From Antechinus flavipes (taxonomy: Eukaryota), in the NCBI RefSeq assembly GCF_016432865.1, contig NC_067398.1, forward strand, positions 117,304,001 to 117,368,000: a stretch of DNA of 64,000 nucleotides, in the 5' to 3' direction. The number at the start of each line of letters is the position of its first letter. The stretch's first letter is position 1. Positions 59,461-64,000 of the stretch are shown piece after piece. The position numbers were made by a program, and so were the translations under genes. Below the pieces are notes generated by a model. It searched no databases, was not told the DNA's origin, and saw only the letters and a program-made list of their open reading frames with translations.

Positions 59461-60317
59461 CGTCCTGAGGGAAGAGTAGGAAGATGGGGGAGGGGTGTAC
59501 AAAAGGAGGATAGATGAATGTTGGCAGGTGATGGGGTGGGGGGTGGGGGGGAGCGCCAGAAGATGAAGCAAAGTGGCTGAGGAGGAAAGGAGGAAGCTAG
59601 ACATTGGGGTGATTTACCCAAGCACTATTTCCTTGGTATTTTCCCCTCCCAGATTACCCAAACTTCCTGGAGAGGTACTCAGATCTGCCTCCACTTTTAT
59701 GTCCCATTCCATTTTGTCCCCTCCACCCTCTCTTTGCTGCTTGCAGTAACCCTTCCACGAAATCTGATCTCCTCCCAAGCCCCGATCTTCCTTAAAGGTC
59801 AGCTCAAGCCCCGTCAGTTCCCCTCCCTCCTCCGCTCCCCTTCGAAGATGCAGCTGCGCAACTTTAGTGCAATCCTCTAGACAGCCAGCCCGGTGGCCGC
59901 GCCCTATCTTGCAGGAGCCAGCAGCGACAGGTCTCAGCTGGCTAGAATGCTAAACCTGGCCGGTTCGAGCCGGAGGTTCGATGGTTCCATCCCCTCAAGC
60001 GCTAGATAAAACCCAAGGGAGGGAAGCGGGAGGTCATTTTGTCCTTTGGATAATACCCAAATTTCATTCCTACATGCACCATCTGCCCAATTAGTTCCCA
60101 AATCACATTCCTCCTACTTTGCTTAGAATTTAGATTTCCCTGGACTTTGGCATCATTTCATTACTTTCCCTCTTTCCAACTTTCCCCCACCTACCCTTCC
60201 TCACCCTTATTAAAACCACTTTTCACCAATTCTTATTTTCACTCCCTCATTATTCCCTCCCGCCCAAGAATCCAGCCCACCCCATTTTCTCTGCTCAGCT
60301 ACCCTCTCAATACCCAC

Positions 60318-60510
60318 CTAAATGGAGCCTGGAGGTAGTTTAGACTCAAGCCTGGGCAGTGAGTGCTCAGGCAGGGGTTGGTTGGAGTTATAAAGTACTC
60401 CCCACCCTCCTCTTGGAATTTTCCCGACCTTCTCTTATGACCCCTGCCCTTTCCCCATCCCAGCTTCTCTGGCAGGGAACTATATTTAGGGGAAACCTGA
60501 AGCCCCTGAC
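60318..60510 (-). promoter_or_regulatory. ALDOA muscle-type promoter and short leader exon
   Basis: Minus strand: MEF3 TCAGGTTTC (60492-60500), MEF2 CTAAATATAG (60480-60489), TATA TTTATAA (60388-60394), donor TAG|GTGGGT at 60318/60317. Confidence 0.75.
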
Positions 60511-61626
60511 ATTCGGGCCAGGATAGGGCTTAGAGCAGGGGAGGGGAAGAAATTAGAGGAGGGGGAGTGACCAAGAGGTCTTCTGCTAGGTAGAGAGTGA
60601 TCTAATAGACCGAAGGCAAAAGCAGGCAGAGAAAGGCAGACATATGTAACCACTTCCCACTCACCAGCAGTTGAGTTGCCATCCTTTTCTATCGTGATCA
60701 GTGATGCTGCCCTGCCTGCCAAAGGAGATACAGGGTTGAAATCTTTACGGTAGTAAACCACAAAGTAGTTAGTATTAAGTCTCCTTTCTCCCAACCTTAG
60801 GCCTTCCTTGATTCTCTTCCTGGACCTCAATAGTGTCAGTCCTTATTCAGAGTACTTATTTCAGAGTTGGGAAGAGAAAGGTATACACATATTTCCTAAG
60901 AGAATGGGGAGTTGGCAGATGTAGCAGTACTAGTCCCACATAGGTCACCCTGAGGCAGCTGAATGGCTCAGTGGATAGTATGTTGGGCCTGGAAGCTGTA
61001 AGTCCTGAATTCAAATCCAGCCTCAGATGCTTACTAACTAGGTGACCTTGGTCAATTAAGTTTTTCCCCCCTTTTCTTTTTTTGTCTTAATCCACTGGAA
61101 AAGGAAATAGAAAACCATTCCAGTATCTTTGCCCATGAATGGCATGGTTCACAGAGTTATGAACAGTGGGACGTGACTGAACAACAAAGGTCACCCTGAA
61201 ATCTTAACTCTGGGCAGAATTTCCTGAACTCAGCCTCGTCTGAGGAGGAATGAATACTACCAGTCCTAACTTGAGCCATGTCCCTTCACTCCTCTCTACT
61301 GGTAGGGGTAAGGCTGAGCAGGAACCAAGAATTTACTCAAGAAAACTAGCCTCTCATGAATTTTCTCCAAGGTGCTTGAGGTCCCCAGCTCTTAAGAAGG
61401 TTTACTTCTTTTAGGGTAACTGCTCTCTGCATCTTGCTAGGAGAGCCTGGATCTTCTCTGCTTAGGTCCAATGAAGACCAAAGGATGGCCCGCCCTTGGG
61501 AACAGGTGGGCAAGACAGTTGGGGCTCCAATGAGGTGGTGATCCTACTGCCAGGGAATGTTTCTCAGCACTTGGGGTAGACAGGTCCTCTGGAAGGCCAC
61601 GTTCCATAACCGTGAACAAACGATCC

Positions 61627-61740
61627 TCATCTGAGCTTGATTTCAAAGCAAAGGCAATTGAGGCTTTGACAATCGGGCAGCTGGCAGGCACAGGCACAGT
61701 CACACAGTGGGAAGCATCTGGGGCACTGGGGAGTCCAACC
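61627..61740 (-). CDS. Terminal coding exon of a cysteine-rich uncharacterised protein upstream of ALDOA (5' exons lie beyond the window)
   Basis: Acceptor ttttccctcag then phase-0 frame GWTPQCPRCFPLCDCACACQLPDCQSLNCLCFEIKLR* (9 Cys in 37 aa). Recalled match to the C-terminus of human LOC112694756 (...PRCCPLCDCACTCQLPDCQSLNCLCFEIKLR); not database-verified. Confidence 0.8.
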   Translation of the reverse strand, partial: GWTPQCPRCFPLCDCACACQLPDCQSLNCLCFEIKLR

Positions 61741-61989
61741 CTGAGGGAAAAGGATGAAAAGGAATGATAGGAAAAGTTAAAAGAGGAAAGCAATAAGGGT
61801 TGTGAAGTTCAGAGAGGTTACAGGAGTGTTGTAGGAAACAAAATATGATAGCTCCCATTTAGAGAAACACTTTTCAAAGTGCTTTATTCACAACAACCCA
61901 GTGAGACATTATAAGCATCTTTATCTGCATTATATGGATAAACAAGGTTCAGAAAGAATAAATGCCTTGCCCTTGATCCTAAAAAAAGC

Positions 61990-63240
61990 AGTCTACAAAT
62001 CAGGTCTTCTACCTCCTCCTATTCACTTCTCAATTGATTCCAGTTTGGGCTTCTAACTTAATTCAAATAAAATGTATTTTTCCAAATTGCCAAATCCCAC
62101 AGGTGTCTCAATCTTCTTGAATTCACCTCTGCTGACATTGCTACCCAGTTTCTCCTGGATACTGTCTCTTCAATAGTTTTAGTGGCACTGTTCTCTACAG
62201 GTTGTCTTTGTTTGACAACTCCTTTAAAATCTCTTTTGCTGAAACATTGCCTGTGTCCTACCCCTAAATTATGGACACTTTTCTCTCTATACTCCTTCAG
62301 TGATCTCATAAACCCTCACCAATTTGATAATCATATCCATATAGAAGACTTCCAGACTTTGTTTTATTTCTAAGCTTCAGTTCAGCATCATTATCTACTT
62401 TGATATCTCCTGTTCTTTGTGATTTATGCCTCTCAAATTTCAACATCTTAAAAACATTATTTCCCCTTCCTTAAGCTTCATCATTTCTGTTCAGGATACA
62501 ACCACCCTTCCAACACTTCAGGTTTGTAAGCTGGGACTCATCCCTGCTTCTTTTTCAACCCCTTTAGTTAGCTGCCAATTCTTGTTAATGTTCCCTCTCC
62601 TCCCAGTTGTTCCCTTCTGTCTCTCATATGGTCAACAATCCTACTTTAGGCTTCATCACTTCTCACTGTAACTACAACAGTAACCTTCTACTTGAATTCC
62701 TGGTCTATCTCCTCTCTAAGCTATCCTTAAAATTATTTTTCTAAAGCATATGTCAGAACATATCACTGCTCTACTCAAGACCTCCAGTGCCTCCCTATAC
62801 CCCTTAAGATAAAATAGAAACTCCTCAGGTAGCAATTAAATTCCTTCACAACCAGGTCCCAGTCTGCCATTACTCTCCTTTATGTACTTCATTCTCTTCA
62901 CTAGTCAGCTTCTTGTTCCCCAAGCTATGTGTCCCATTTCCCACTTTTAAGCTTGTGCACAAACTGCCTTCATACCGGAAACACATCCTTTTCAGTTTCC
63001 TTTTAGCTTCTTCAAGGGTCATTTCATGTACCATCTCCTATGAGAAATTGTTTCTGGTTCTCCTCTTTTCTCTCTCTCAAATCATTATGTATTACTTATC
63101 TGTTTACTCACTGTTTCCTCCCAGTAGAGTATAAATTTCACAGAATCATGGACTTTGCTTTTTGTCTTTATATTCTTGGCCTCTGGAATGATGCCTTATA
63201 CAGCATCCATCACATAGGCACTTAATATTTGTTGGATTGG
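61990..63240 (+). mobile_element. Degraded L2 LINE fragment
   Basis: Pyrimidine-rich L2 ORF2/3' phrases ending cacataggcacttaatatttgttggattgg; boundaries approximate. Confidence 0.6.
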
Positions 63241-64000
63241 ATATAAATATAATGAATGTTAAGAGCTAGATTGGAACTCATTTTGATTCTAAATCTATTG
63301 CCCTTTACTTTTTGCTATGTTGCTTTTAAAGGATAGTGGGGATATGAAAGTTGATATATCATTCAAGATCACTATATAACAATGTGTTCATTTCATGTCT
63401 AGTCTTAAAATAGATTCTCATGTAGAAGTAAATGCAATTGGATAGTGATTTTTGACTCTATTTAAAGACAGCTAATTTCCCCTCTCAGAATCACAAAAAG
63501 AAGGTTGGAAAAATGGCCAAAAAACAACTACCAGCTAAGAGAAAGAGATAATGGTTAGAGAGACTGTCTTCCAAGGAGTAGGAACAATTTGTCACTGAAA
63601 CAGCAGTATGTGGGAAATATTCGACTTCTTCCTTTTCCCCCTCTAGAGCAATGTATTGGATTTAGGCCAGCCAAACTGAAGCACTTCCCCCCTTCCCTCT
63701 CCCCACCCTGAATTCTCCTGGAGGGGTATGGGATTAAAAGGTCAAATGTTTAAAGCCAGAAAGAGGACTAGATATCAGTCACAGTTAAAAAGCCTGATCA
63801 AGACCTGCCCAGTCCAGAAATAGGAAAATGGCATTTACAAGATCAGAAGTTTCAGGATTAGGTGTCATATTCTTTAAGAGATCATGTTATCTCCAGTGTT
63901 GGTGTGTGTATGTCTGTACACCCAGTACAGAGGAGGAGGACAGGACACTACACGTGTATACACACACATACACACACACACACACATTCTTTATGCTAGT

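Noticed and set aside
59955-59990. GGTTCGAGCC / GGTTCGAT motifs suggesting a tRNA T-arm
   Set aside because: No 5-bp T-stem, A-box or cloverleaf can be built; at most an isolated B-box-like motif.
61437-61793. 118-aa ORF called by the track over the Cys-rich exon
   Set aside because: Wrong frame: it starts in the intron's pyrimidine tract. The Cys-patterned frame beginning at the acceptor is the credible one.

Overview
Mammalian genomic DNA from an Australian marsupial (WSINE1-type SINE and marsupial L1 3' ends; a dasyurid is likely, but this is inference). The window is orthologous to part of human 16p11.2. Bases 1-20,100 are intergenic and repeat-dense: young L1 3' fragments with target-site duplications (TSDs), L3/CR1 and L2 relics, several solo LTRs, and a ~7.5 kb two-LTR gamma-type provirus (tRNA-Pro primer site, ERV3/HERV-I-like env, gag-pro region unrecognisable). 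Six complete spliced genes follow: MAPK3, GDPD3, YPEL3 and TBX6 on +, then PPP4C and ALDOA on -. I traced all exons by hand and each joined CDS has an intact frame. The most notable observation is an exon missed by the ORF track at 61627-61740 (-), upstream of ALDOA. It encodes a 9-cysteine C-terminus (GWTPQCPRCFPLCDCACACQLPDCQSLNCLCFEIKLR*) that closely matches, from memory, the uncharacterised protein encoded in human ALDOA leader exons, suggesting an old shared-transcript arrangement. Other points of interest: a U12-type intron and an ERK1c-like retainable intron in MAPK3, a candidate CUG-initiated YPEL3 extension, a ~40 bp duplicated element around TBX6, and conserved hypoxia (HRE) and muscle (MEF3/MEF2) modules at ALDOA. 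Comparisons with human sequences are recalled, not looked up, and need BLAST confirmation.
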